Of a stretch of DNA of 64,000 bases, positions 17,731-27,262 are shown piece after piece. Each line of letters begins with the position of its first letter. Position 1 is the stretch's first letter. Both the position numbers and the translations under genes were made by a program. The stretch is taken from positions 2,680 through 66,679 of the forward strand of contig JABJQG010000036.1 in assembly GCA_018663505.1 (NCBI GenBank), in the 5' to 3' direction. The notes beneath the pieces are model-generated. The model was not told where the DNA came from. It searched no databases and was given only the letters and a program-made list of their open reading frames with translations. The DNA is from Pseudobdellovibrionaceae bacterium. GTDB taxonomy: Bacteria; Bdellovibrionota; Bdellovibrionia; Bdellovibrionales; UBA1609.

Positions 17731-19308
17731 ATGGAGTTTAGCTTGAATCAAACAATCATTATCTCAATAAGTTCAGCATTAGGTCTTATTTTTGCTTTTC
17801 TTATTATTAGAATTCAAAGAGGCATTCAGCTCTCTATGGCCAAAAATGAAGCTAAAGATATTATCCAAGACGCACAAGATCGTGCGGATGAGCTTTCTGA
17901 AGAAGCCAAAAGAAACATAGAACATCTTGAGGAAGAGTTACAAGAAAACATTGATAAGCTCAAAGAGTCTTCTGCTGTGGGCATAGAAGAAAAAAAGGAT
18001 ATAGTAGAGGCCAAGGAATATACAGTAAAAAAACAACTGAGTAAGAAGAAAAAATACCTTAAAAAATTAAAAGATCACTTCAGTAATTACAGTGGTAATT
18101 TTTCTACAATTGAAGCTAATTATAAGGAAAAAAAATCAGAGGTTTCAAAACTTAAAGAGCAAATGATTTCTCAGCTAGAGAGTGTTTCCACTGAAGACAA
18201 GTCATCCATTCTTCTCCAGCTTGTGGATACATTAAAAAAAGATACCCTCACTGATGTGACAAAAAAAACTCATGCTCAAGAAGAAGAGTTTGCGCGTGAA
18301 AGTGAGAAAAAAGCACGCCTAGCGTTATCACGTGTCATTGGAAGATTTGCCAGGGCCTATTGCCCGGAAAGAGGCATTAATAACATTATATTTTCCAGTG
18401 AGCAAAACATGCGTCGTTCTCTTGGCAAAGACTTTGAGTATGTTGAAATTTTAGAAACCGAAATCGGCGTAGATCTAACTCCTCATGTGGAGCGTTTATT
18501 TTTAAATGTATCCGGTTTTGATCCTGTTCGCCGAGAACTCACTCGAATTACTTGTGACAAACTCTCTCGTGAAAAAAGATTAAATCCAGAACGGATAAAA
18601 AAAATTATTTATAACTCCAAAAAACAGCTCTTTAAAAAGATTAAATTAGATGGCAATAAGATTCTTAAAGAACTTAGAATCCAAAATATGCACCCAGATA
18701 TTAGGGATAAAATTGGTAGTCTTAGATATCGATATTCATTTACCCAAAATCAATACTTCCATGTATCAGAAGTGGGCTGGTTATGTGGACTGCTCAGTGC
18801 AGAACTTGACCTAGACATTTCTGATGGCCGTAGAGCTGGCCTATTACACGATGTGGGTAAATCTATGGATCACAGTATCGATGGTGGCCATGCGGTAATA
18901 GGTGCGGATTTCATCGAAAAACACGACGAGAAGCCACACATTGTCCATGCTGTGCGCGCCCATCATTTTGATGAGCAACCTCAAACTGACCTTGCCTACC
19001 TAGTTATCGCCGCAGATGCAATATCTGGAGCACGCCCTGGCGCAAGAAAATCAACTGCGGAATCTTACACACAAAAAATGTATGAACTAGAAAAAGTAGG
19101 CACCAGTTTTAAGGAGGTTCACTCAACTTATATACTTAGCGCTGGACGAGAAGTCAGGGTCATTGTGGACAACAACAAAGTGGACGATTATAGAGCCCTA
19201 GAGCTCAGCAAAGAAATTGCCACTAAAATTGAAGAAGAATGCACCTACCCAGGTCAAATTCGTGTCACCGTTGTTAGAAAATCAGCTGCAGTTCAATACG
19301 CTAAATAG
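17731..19308 (+). CDS. rny: Ribonuclease Y
   Basis: 525 aa with an N-terminal TM, a long charged coiled coil, a KH-like region, the HD domain (LLHDVGK...GGHA) and the characteristic C-terminus YPGQIRVTVVRKSAAVQYAK. Confidence 0.92.
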   Translation: MEFSLNQTIIISISSALGLIFAFLIIRIQRGIQLSMAKNEAKDIIQDAQDRADELSEEAKRNIEHLEEELQENIDKLKESSAVGIEEKKDIVEAKEYTVKKQLSKKKKYLKKLKDHFSNYSGNFSTIEANYKEKKSEVSKLKEQMISQLESVSTEDKSSILLQLVDTLKKDTLTDVTKKTHAQEEEFARESEKKARLALSRVIGRFARAYCPERGINNIIFSSEQNMRRSLGKDFEYVEILETEIGVDLTPHVERLFLNVSGFDPVRRELTRITCDKLSREKRLNPERIKKIIYNSKKQLFKKIKLDGNKILKELRIQNMHPDIRDKIGSLRYRYSFTQNQYFHVSEVGWLCGLLSAELDLDISDGRRAGLLHDVGKSMDHSIDGGHAVIGADFIEKHDEKPHIVHAVRAHHFDEQPQTDLAYLVIAADAISGARPGARKSTAESYTQKMYELEKVGTSFKEVHSTYILSAGREVRVIVDNNKVDDYRALELSKEIATKIEEECTYPGQIRVTVVRKSAAVQYAK

Positions 19309-19323
19309 GTGATTCATTAAATA

Positions 19324-20865
19324 TTATTGAGGTTTAAACTCATCCACAACCATGAGTACAATGGACTGCTGGTTACCAACCTGATCCATATTTTTAAAAA
19401 TGGCACAAACGATCTCTTCATAGCTGGGTTCAATATTTTTTGCCTGTAGGATTTTTGCTACATATCTTGCTGATCTATCTATAAGCTTACCGTTAGTTGG
19501 TTTCACCCAGCTCATTACATTATTTTCATACCTACCTAAAATGCCCATAATTAATGTGGAGTGTATATTTAATATCATCTTTAATAATAGATGGTCATAA
19601 AGAATTCCCTGACCTGTTAACCCCATTGTGTGTGACTGCTTACCTAACTCTAGCTTGACCTTATTTTTATCCTGCATAAGAATCTTAAATATCTGGTTTT
19701 CATTGCCTGTCCTATTTAGCCTATTATCAAATACTGTGGAGCTAAAATCAAAACCTTGCATATAGGTCTTTGTTGTCATTTTACTGTGTTCTGGCCAATC
19801 CAAACAATGAGGCTCTCTGTTTAATAATAAGCGCCAGGATTCCTCTATATTATGAGCCCCTTTAATATGTACATAACATAAGGAGTTCCCCTTAGCTGAA
19901 ACTCCTGTAATATCTCCGCTAATATCACGTTCGAAGGCGCGTAAATTAAAAGTTGGCGCTCTTTCAGTGAGGTCGGTAAAGACAGTAATAGCAAACTCAT
20001 CCACATCATATATAAGATAACCTGAGCCTAAATAAATATTGGATTCCTCTTGGATAAAACTGGGCATAAAATTTAGATCATACTTCTTATAAAATTCTTC
20101 AAATTTATTAATGTTAATTAGAATATCATTCTCTGTTTCAAATAGAGCCAAGCCTACGGCCATTAATAATATACTACTAGCTTGCATCCTTGTGCTTCCT
20201 GACAAGGCCATAGGTCCCACATTTAGATTTATTTTTTTTATTTTTTTATTCTCTAGCACTTCCTTTGACCGCTGAATGTTTAGTAATACCTCATCCGGGT
20301 TACAGTATAAAAAGTAAGTGTTATAATCAGAAAGCTGTGCAGCTCTATTTGTTGCCCCAATTACATAAGGAGTCTCTCCCCCTTCTGTACAACTAATTAG
20401 CATGTCTTTCTCAGTGAAACCTAATTGAACAAGGTGATCACTGCCATATTGAGGGAAATCTTCAAATCCCTCAATAGAATGCACTAAGGCCACATCACCA
20501 CCAGACATAAAGGAAACCACTTGATTTTTATTATTTGGGAAGCTTTCCTTCCACAGATAATCTAAAGTGAGGGATAATCTGCCTGTTGCACCACACCCAC
20601 ATAAAAACACACGACCACCATTTTTAAACACCTCTTGGATTTCTGCTTGTAGCTCTTTAATTTGATCTACTTGTTGTTGTAACACACTAAATATTTTGAA
20701 ATCCACTTGTTGCAAAATATCCACAGCTTGGGGCAGGTCATTTTTAGCTAATTGAGATAAGTTATGGGTTAGTGGGTGAAACCCCTCTGTGGGCAATACC
20801 CCTAGTCTATATTTATGTGAGGTTTTTAAATATTCCTCAGCTTTGTCTTTCCAACTTTTATCCAT
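19324..20865 (-). CDS. SIS-domain protein of the MurQ/GckR (glucokinase-regulator) family
   Basis: 513 aa. TEGFHPLTHNLSQL and GGRVFLCGCGATGRLS match the N-terminal signature of MurQ/GCKR-type SIS proteins. The length suggests a double-SIS GCKR-like form. Confidence 0.6.
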   Translation of the reverse strand: MDKSWKDKAEEYLKTSHKYRLGVLPTEGFHPLTHNLSQLAKNDLPQAVDILQQVDFKIFSVLQQQVDQIKELQAEIQEVFKNGGRVFLCGCGATGRLSLTLDYLWKESFPNNKNQVVSFMSGGDVALVHSIEGFEDFPQYGSDHLVQLGFTEKDMLISCTEGGETPYVIGATNRAAQLSDYNTYFLYCNPDEVLLNIQRSKEVLENKKIKKINLNVGPMALSGSTRMQASSILLMAVGLALFETENDILININKFEEFYKKYDLNFMPSFIQEESNIYLGSGYLIYDVDEFAITVFTDLTERAPTFNLRAFERDISGDITGVSAKGNSLCYVHIKGAHNIEESWRLLLNREPHCLDWPEHSKMTTKTYMQGFDFSSTVFDNRLNRTGNENQIFKILMQDKNKVKLELGKQSHTMGLTGQGILYDHLLLKMILNIHSTLIMGILGRYENNVMSWVKPTNGKLIDRSARYVAKILQAKNIEPSYEEIVCAIFKNMDQVGNQQSIVLMVVDEFKPQ

Positions 20866-21474
20866 ATATCACCCGGCTCTGTATAAGATAATTCTATAGA
20901 TAACTATATATCCTGACAATTCTGATTATTTTAAGATCTAGATATTAGACAATAGATATATAAGTAGATTACAAATCACTTTCCGCCTAGCTTTACCTGG
21001 AACCTGAATTTAATGGCTTAATATAACTAGGCCTTAGTCTTTAAACTTTTACTTACCTGCCTCCTCTCAGTTCTTTAGTACATAAAACTTAGACGTTTAA
21101 ACTAAGATCTTAGTTTAGTCTATTAGACTCATGTCTAACTCCTTTACAAAAATCTAAAATTACTGCAGCTCAGTATTGAGTATTCCTGATGAAAATTCCT
21201 TAACTGTATAAATCGCGTTCAATTTATTGTTATTTTTGTTGTCCTTTAGTCTTGGCCACTAGACCTTATTACGGGATATTAATTTGTTTTTTTTGTTTGA
21301 TTTATTAACACTCATACACTTTAGTCAAAAAATCAAAACCAAGGTCACATATGCCTTCGTCTAATTAATCTGTGAATTTATGTAGTTAGAATTTTATCTA
21401 GACCTTTGTTAACTCGCTCAAAGTTTGGCATCACACTTGCTATTACAATGTAAAAGCTAAAAAAAGGAAAGATT

Positions 21475-22533
21475 ATGAAAATTTTAATTTTAATTCTTAC
21501 AAGCTTATACTTGTTAGTAGCTTGTTCAGAAGTGGAGTTTTCACCCCTTCCACTTGTCGAGCAAAATACACAACAAGTTATCATCCCGACTATCCCCCCT
21601 GAAGAGCCTTCCGTAGTAATAGGGCCACCACCTGTCTTAGAGAAGTTAAGTGATCATTTTGTACAAGAAGACTACGAGGCCAAACTTGATGTATTAGTTG
21701 TTGTGGATAACTCCACATCTATGGAAGCAGAGCAAACAAAGCTCGGGAGCAGGATGGAAAAATTTACTGCACAGCTGAAAGACATTGATTGGAATTTAGG
21801 AATAACAACCACTGATGTGAGTAAAAGTAGCCCTCATGGCATTAGAGGCTCCCTGGTAAAATTTAAAGGTACAAAAAATAGGTCTATTAATAAGAAAACT
21901 AAGGACTTTAAAAAATTATTTCTAAACACAGTTCAAAGAGAGGAAACATCTGACTGTGATCCAGCTGATTGTCCGTCATCCAGAGAACGTCCATTAGGGG
22001 CCTCAATAATGGCCATGGATAAATCAAACGGTGACAACAAAGGATTCTTTAGAGATGAAGCCGATTTAGCTATTGTCATTCTGTCTGATGAAGATGAAAC
22101 TGAATCTTCATGGGGAGGAAGCAAAACAAAACCTTCTGACGTAATTAACAAGTTTAAATCTAAATGGCCTGAAAAAGACTTAACAGCTTATGCTGTGGTT
22201 ATTCAACCGGGTGATAGTGCCTGTCTAAAATCTCAAGAAACTGGCGAAGGTGTCTACGCAAATATAATCACAGATTTCACAGAAGTAACTGGCGGAACGA
22301 CCTCTAGTATTTGCGACACTGACTACGGCAGTGGATTAAAGAAAATTGGTGAAAATGCTCGCCGCCTTTTAAACTTTGTACACTTAAGTACCCTCCCTAA
22401 TCCAGAGTCTGTAACAGTATACTTAAATGGAAGAAAAGAATTAAATTTTAAAGTAAAGGAACAAAGAGTAATCTTTGATCAGGCCCCAGCTGCTGGCAGC
22501 CTTATTGATATATATTATGACGAAGCTGACTAA
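21475..22533 (+). CDS. Lipoprotein with a vWA-like (MIDAS DxSxS) domain
   Basis: 352 aa with lipobox LLVAC. DVLVVVDNSTSM is a MIDAS-like DxSxS motif, followed by AIVILSDEDE. Confidence 0.55.
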   Translation: MKILILILTSLYLLVACSEVEFSPLPLVEQNTQQVIIPTIPPEEPSVVIGPPPVLEKLSDHFVQEDYEAKLDVLVVVDNSTSMEAEQTKLGSRMEKFTAQLKDIDWNLGITTTDVSKSSPHGIRGSLVKFKGTKNRSINKKTKDFKKLFLNTVQREETSDCDPADCPSSRERPLGASIMAMDKSNGDNKGFFRDEADLAIVILSDEDETESSWGGSKTKPSDVINKFKSKWPEKDLTAYAVVIQPGDSACLKSQETGEGVYANIITDFTEVTGGTTSSICDTDYGSGLKKIGENARRLLNFVHLSTLPNPESVTVYLNGRKELNFKVKEQRVIFDQAPAAGSLIDIYYDEAD

Positions 22534-22575
22534 GGTCTCCGCCTTAGTGAGTTGATACAAATCATAAATCCCATA

Positions 22576-22609
22576 AGCCCTTTTGTTGATACCAAAAGGG
22601 CTTTTTTTA
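22576..22609 (+). terminator. Rho-independent terminator
   Basis: The stem agcccttttg (22576-22585) pairs with caaaagggct (22593-22602). A T-run follows. It lies between convergent genes. Confidence 0.75.
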
Positions 22610-22640
22610 TTTAATGTTTAAATACTTTTATTATATCCAT

Positions 22641-24131
22641 CTAGAGTGCTGATTTATAAAATGAAGCCATTTCCTTAGCAAACTCTATACGTGAATTTTT
22701 CCATGCATAGAACATATGACCCCCTTTAAAATTTTTAACTGTAAAACTCTTTCTTTGCTCTGAGGTGAGCTTCATATGATCTATGATTCTACTAGAGGCA
22801 AAGTATGGTGTTACTAAATCGTAGGTCCCATGAGTAACAAAAACCTTCATATAGGGGTTTAAGGACAAAGCATATCTAAGGTCATCAGTGGCACCCACTT
22901 GACGTTCAAAAGCATGTGTTTGGGTATCAACTTTCCAAGAGCTATTTACATCCATGCTTAACAAAGTGTAATCACGATCAGACTCTAGCTGTAAGTTTTG
23001 CCTCAATTGTGTATTTATTCCACCAGAAAAAACTCTCTCAATGGCATACAGTGTTGGATCTGGAGCTTCATGCATCACTCTATCTGGAAATGGATCCACT
23101 GCTTTTACAGAAGCATCATAAAAACCACATACCTCACGGCTCTCTCTAAATAGGTCCCGACAAAACATCCAAAATGGAACACGCCCAGATTTTATTTTTA
23201 TATCTTCAAAGGGCAAGCCTAAAAATTCTGACATTTTTAGATATACTTTATCACGCTCAACCTCCGTAGCTCCTTCACCCTTAACTAAACTCACAGCCAA
23301 ATCACTCATGGCAAACTCTTCAGCTTTATTACGTAAGTCCTCATCAGACTTACAGCTCACCTTAGACTTACCATGATGTAAGGCCGCCAAAGCCATGGTG
23401 GGAAAAATATCAACCCAATGTAACACATCATAATCTGATGGGTTTAACAATACCCACTCTAAAGCTGGGGATATGAGTATGGCGCCGTTTAAGCCAATAC
23501 CGTACCCCTCTTGTAATAACTTGGCTAATTTGCCTACTCTAAAGCCACCATAACTCTCACCAGCTATAAATATGGGGACATCCCAACATTTATTTTTAGA
23601 TAAATATTTTTGAATAAATTCGCCCAATGACTCCAGGTCTCTCTTTAATTGATAATATTCTTTATTCTCAACTTCTTTAGTACCTTTGCCTTCAGTATCT
23701 TTCTTTTTTGATTCCTCTTCAATAGTTCTACTAAACCCTGTGCCAATTGGATCCACAAAAACTAAGTCTGTAAATTGAATCCAAGATTCTTCATTATCAA
23801 TAAGCTGTGCAGGCGGTTTTTTAGGAGTTCCATCATCATTAAAATCTACTCGTTTAGGACCTAAAGCGCCAACATGAAGATAAGCGGAACTAGCCCCTGG
23901 TCCGCCATTAAAGATAAAGGTCACAGGTCTTTTTTTAGTACCTTTATTTTTTTTAACATAAGATACATAAAACATTTCTGCTTTTGGTTTTTCTTTTTTT
24001 CTTAAAACAAGCCAATCAGCTGTGGCTGTATAATCAATTAGATCACTGTCAACTTTCAGTTTGTGCTCAGTGCAACTTCCTTTTGGTGTTTCGTGTTCCT
24101 TTTTTTCTTTGATTTCTTCTTTATCAGACAT
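22641..24131 (-). CDS. Peptidase S10 family serine carboxypeptidase
   Basis: 496 aa with NGGPGASS, the catalytic-Ser motif GESYGG and a C-terminal GGHMF, matching the S10 signatures. Confidence 0.85.
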   Translation of the reverse strand: MSDKEEIKEKKEHETPKGSCTEHKLKVDSDLIDYTATADWLVLRKKEKPKAEMFYVSYVKKNKGTKKRPVTFIFNGGPGASSAYLHVGALGPKRVDFNDDGTPKKPPAQLIDNEESWIQFTDLVFVDPIGTGFSRTIEEESKKKDTEGKGTKEVENKEYYQLKRDLESLGEFIQKYLSKNKCWDVPIFIAGESYGGFRVGKLAKLLQEGYGIGLNGAILISPALEWVLLNPSDYDVLHWVDIFPTMALAALHHGKSKVSCKSDEDLRNKAEEFAMSDLAVSLVKGEGATEVERDKVYLKMSEFLGLPFEDIKIKSGRVPFWMFCRDLFRESREVCGFYDASVKAVDPFPDRVMHEAPDPTLYAIERVFSGGINTQLRQNLQLESDRDYTLLSMDVNSSWKVDTQTHAFERQVGATDDLRYALSLNPYMKVFVTHGTYDLVTPYFASSRIIDHMKLTSEQRKSFTVKNFKGGHMFYAWKNSRIEFAKEMASFYKSAL

Positions 24132-24239
24132 ATCCCACCCTTATTAATGTATATTTGTTATCAATTCATATGGTGGAGATACTAAATAGTCAATAATTCA
24201 GTTGTCTAACAGACTTGAATGAAACCTATTGGGAGATTT

Positions 24240-25064
24240 TTATCCAGAGTTTTTCAGTGTTTTTTTATTAATGAACACGGCGGAAATAATCATGGCCATT
24301 CCAACTAGCTGATAAATATCGGGAACTTCGTCATAGAACACAAAGCCTATGGCTATGGCATACACAAGACCTGTATAGTGCAACACTCCCACATCAGCCC
24401 CTTTGTGCTCTTGATAAACTTGAGTGAGAAACACTTGTGCTAAAAATGTAAATATTCCTAGAACTAGCATCTTAAAATAATCTGCGTACTGAATCACAAA
24501 CCCCTGTTTAATCATAATGGGAGTAAACAACAATAATGCCACCAATGGAAAATAAAAAACAACCACTAGTGGGTGATCTGTATCTTTTAACTTTCTAATA
24601 TAGGTATAGGCAAGACCAGCAAAAAACGCGGCCATTAAACCAATGATTAATCCCTTAATGGTAATATCCTGGGGTGTTTGTTTGATAACAACAACTCCTA
24701 ATATAGCTAACAAAAATAAAGCCACCTGCGATAGCTTTGGCTTTTCATCCAACATAAACACAGCAAAAATTACCATAAAAATAGGTGAGGTATATTGTAA
24801 AGTAATGGCTAAGCTTAGCGGAATAGATTGTAAACTATAGAAAAACAACACTAGGGCCATCAATCCGTAGACACTTCTTAATAATAAATTAATTTTATGA
24901 TTAGGTTTAAGACTTATACCTTTGTATTTTGCGAAAAAAAACCCTAAGACTGTTGTCATTAGGGCTCTAAAAAATACTAATTCTTCTACTGGTATATGTT
25001 TGAGTTCTTTTACTAAGCTATGAGCTATAGAGAAGAAAAAAATCGCTAATAAAATACTCTCCAT
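24240..25064 (-). CDS. EamA/DMT-family transporter
   Basis: 274 aa, about 10 hydrophobic helices, with the two-fold EamA-like organisation. Confidence 0.7.
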   Translation of the reverse strand: MESILLAIFFFSIAHSLVKELKHIPVEELVFFRALMTTVLGFFFAKYKGISLKPNHKINLLLRSVYGLMALVLFFYSLQSIPLSLAITLQYTSPIFMVIFAVFMLDEKPKLSQVALFLLAILGVVVIKQTPQDITIKGLIIGLMAAFFAGLAYTYIRKLKDTDHPLVVVFYFPLVALLLFTPIMIKQGFVIQYADYFKMLVLGIFTFLAQVFLTQVYQEHKGADVGVLHYTGLVYAIAIGFVFYDEVPDIYQLVGMAMIISAVFINKKTLKNSG

Positions 25065-25591
25065 CCTTTTTCAAAACAACTGGCACTGGTACATACCACT
25101 TCAGCTGCTTGACGTCGACCTAAATAAATAGACCACCCATTTTCTGAACAGTTATCATCTAAACAAACAATAGATTGAGTGGGTTGATTTACAATATCCA
25201 TTGTCCAGCCAAACTGTAGGCAGTCTTGAATCTCTTCGCCTTCAATATCTTCCCCGAATCCACAATCCACTTGTGACACTCTTTGGCCTGTGTGGACAAC
25301 ATATTCTGACCAACCTTCATTAAAGCAACCATCCCTATCACAAACCACTTCTGTGGAATAATTATTAATCATATCGCGAGTCACCCAACCTTCATGCAAA
25401 CAGTCGCCTTCTGTACATCGTGTGCGGTGATGTGTATTTGGTGCTTTGGTCACCCATCCGTTCTGAAAACAGTCATCCTTGGAACAAGTTGTGGTTGATA
25501 TATTGGTATTAGTAAAATTTTGTGATGCCACTGGGAACCCAAATCCATTTATTGATATGAGCAAAGATGACATTAAAGTCAGCAAATACAT
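25046..25591 (-). CDS. Secreted Cys-rich repeat protein (six C-x4-C-x3-GW repeats)
   Basis: 181 aa with a leader. The repeats are CSKDDCFQNGW, CTEGDCLHEGW, CDRDGCFNEGW, (C..)QDCLQFGW, CLDDNCSENGW and CTSASCFEKGW. The 3' end overlaps the EamA start by 19 nt. Confidence 0.65.
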   Translation of the reverse strand: MYLLTLMSSLLISINGFGFPVASQNFTNTNISTTTCSKDDCFQNGWVTKAPNTHHRTRCTEGDCLHEGWVTRDMINNYSTEVVCDRDGCFNEGWSEYVVHTGQRVSQVDCGFGEDIEGEEIQDCLQFGWTMDIVNQPTQSIVCLDDNCSENGWSIYLGRRQAAEVVCTSASCFEKGWRVFY

Positions 25592-25697
25592 ACACCCCTC
25601 CTTAGGTTGTTGTTATAAAAAGCTTATTATTTATTCAATTTGCTGGCGAGTCTGAATGCGTCAGCCTCAGATCTCAGTGTAAATGTGAGAATTAGGT

Positions 25698-26177
25698 TTA
25701 ATTTGGGGGATTGGACTCTATAAACATATTTGAAAAAGCCTCGTCCACTTCTTCTACTTTTTGATCATAAAACACATCTCGGGGCAGCCCTAGATAAAGG
25801 CGGCCTATAAGCAAATCTTCGGCTAAAACCCCTTTTGTACCTTCTATTGCTACATATTGGCGTAAACCAGAATTAGAAGGGTAATAGGCGAATACATAAA
25901 AATCCTTTATATAATAGCCAAAATAATTGTTAATTGGAACTTTCAACATGTGCATTTTCGTCCTCATGGAACTTTGAATATCAGGCGGTTCAATAGGGGT
26001 TTTATGAAACAGCTGAGCCATCTTTTCATGGTCAGAAAGCCGTAAAAAAAAATCTTGAGGCCACTTTTCTGATTGAATAATAGAAACTTGCTTAAATAGC
26101 ACTGTGCACTGGTTCGCCCCAGCATCTATCTGCCAAAGAAGTAATAAGAAAAAGGGTGTAATTAAGTTTTTATTCAT
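25698..26177 (-). CDS. Hypothetical exported protein (paralogue of 26194-26694)
   Basis: 159 aa. The leader ends AGA|NQCTVLF and shares the N-terminal pattern (C..F...W..D.F..L) with the neighbouring gene. Confidence 0.55.
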   Translation of the reverse strand: MNKNLITPFFLLLLWQIDAGANQCTVLFKQVSIIQSEKWPQDFFLRLSDHEKMAQLFHKTPIEPPDIQSSMRTKMHMLKVPINNYFGYYIKDFYVFAYYPSNSGLRQYVAIEGTKGVLAEDLLIGRLYLGLPRDVFYDQKVEEVDEAFSNMFIESNPPN

Positions 26178-26193
26178 AATAGTCAGAATTTAG

Positions 26194-26694
26194 TTAGTAC
26201 CACGTGCTGTAAAAAAAGCCTCTGTTAATGCCAATACTAAAAGATCCCTCTTCTAGGTTAAGAATATTTTCAAAAGATTTAGCAATAATTTGCACCCCTT
26301 TATCTGTAATTAACTCATTCTTTAAAGCTATACCTAAAAGCACTGGATCCATTTGAGTCTCTCCTTGCTTAACTTCACTTACTAATATATTGGCAAAACG
26401 TGGATCCAATTCATAATCAGCAAAAACAACATACTCTCTATCCTCATTTCCTTCTCTAACAACAACCCTTCTCATTCTCTGGTACATAAAGTATCGCGAG
26501 CGAATATCTTCAACAAGGGGAGCCCTACGCCACAGATTACGACCAGGAGCAAAAAGAGTTTGAAATAAATCCTCTCTCCAATGCTCTTTGGCTAATACAT
26601 CAGCTACCATAAAGTGGTTTTCACACATATTTGCCTGGGCATTATAAATTGGAGAAATGCTAAGAATCATTAAAATAGCTAAAATTTTATACAA
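26194..26694 (-). CDS. Hypothetical exported protein (paralogue of 25698-26177)
   Basis: 166 aa. The leader ends AQA|NMCENHF. Confidence 0.55.
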   Translation of the reverse strand: MYKILAILMILSISPIYNAQANMCENHFMVADVLAKEHWREDLFQTLFAPGRNLWRRAPLVEDIRSRYFMYQRMRRVVVREGNEDREYVVFADYELDPRFANILVSEVKQGETQMDPVLLGIALKNELITDKGVQIIAKSFENILNLEEGSFSIGINRGFFYSTWY

Positions 26695-26811
26695 TGGAAG
26701 TCCCTTGTTAGGTAAATCGGTATATTAAATATGTAATATACAATATAAGGCCTAAGTGAAGATAAATACAGGTGCTCTGAAGCCCTTTGTAAACAGTATA
26801 GAGGTGTCAAA

Positions 26812-26846
26812 AAAAAAGCCACTTTTTAAAAAGTAGCTTTTTTTTA
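26812..26846 (-). terminator. Rho-independent terminator after the L31 gene
   Basis: The minus strand reads aaaagctacttttt/aaaaagtggctttttttt. This is a hairpin with one G-U pair followed by a U-run, about 25 nt after the rpmE2 stop. Confidence 0.6.
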
Positions 26847-26869
26847 ATTTAATGTGTGTTTTCAGTAAC

Positions 26870-27121
26870 TTACTTAAAACGACCACCAAATTTCTTTCTG
26901 AATTTCTCAGCTCTTCCTTCAGCATCAGCAATACGTTGTTTGCCCGTGTAGAAAGGGTGTGAAGCACTAGAAATATCCTTTTTAATAACGGGGTATTCTT
27001 TACCGTCTTCCCACTGAATAGTGTCCTTAGACCCTAGTGTAGACTTAGTTTTAAATTTAAAATCACAAGACACATCGTGAAAGACAACATCTCTGAATTC
27101 TGGGTGGATATCTTTTTTCAT
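26870..27121 (-). CDS. rpmE2: 50S ribosomal protein L31, type B
   Basis: 83 aa. MKKDIHPEF...[13 protein letters not shown]...[11 protein letters not shown]. It has no CxxC zinc motif, so it is type B. Confidence 0.9.
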   Translation of the reverse strand: MKKDIHPEFRDVVFHDVSCDFKFKTKSTLGSKDTIQWEDGKEYPVIKKDISSASHPFYTGKQRIADAEGRAEKFRKKFGGRFK

Positions 27122-27262
27122 AGTTTTTTCCTCAAGACCAAAATATTTTGTTCTGACAATACGTAAGGGGGAAAGCTATCACCCTCATCCACAGAATTCA
27201 ACGATTTATCTACTATATTTGTAATTTTAACCCATTTTTAAGCTTTTCTTAGGTTCATTTTA

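Noticed and set aside
26752-26967. 71-aa minus-strand ORF overlapping the 3' end of the L31 gene and its terminator
   Set aside because: It overlaps rpmE2 in another frame and spans the terminator hairpin. It has no support.
27122-27262. Zur box expected upstream of a type-B L31 gene
   Set aside because: No sequence resembling GAAATGTTATAWTATAACATTTC was seen in the leader, so I cannot support Zur regulation from the sequence.
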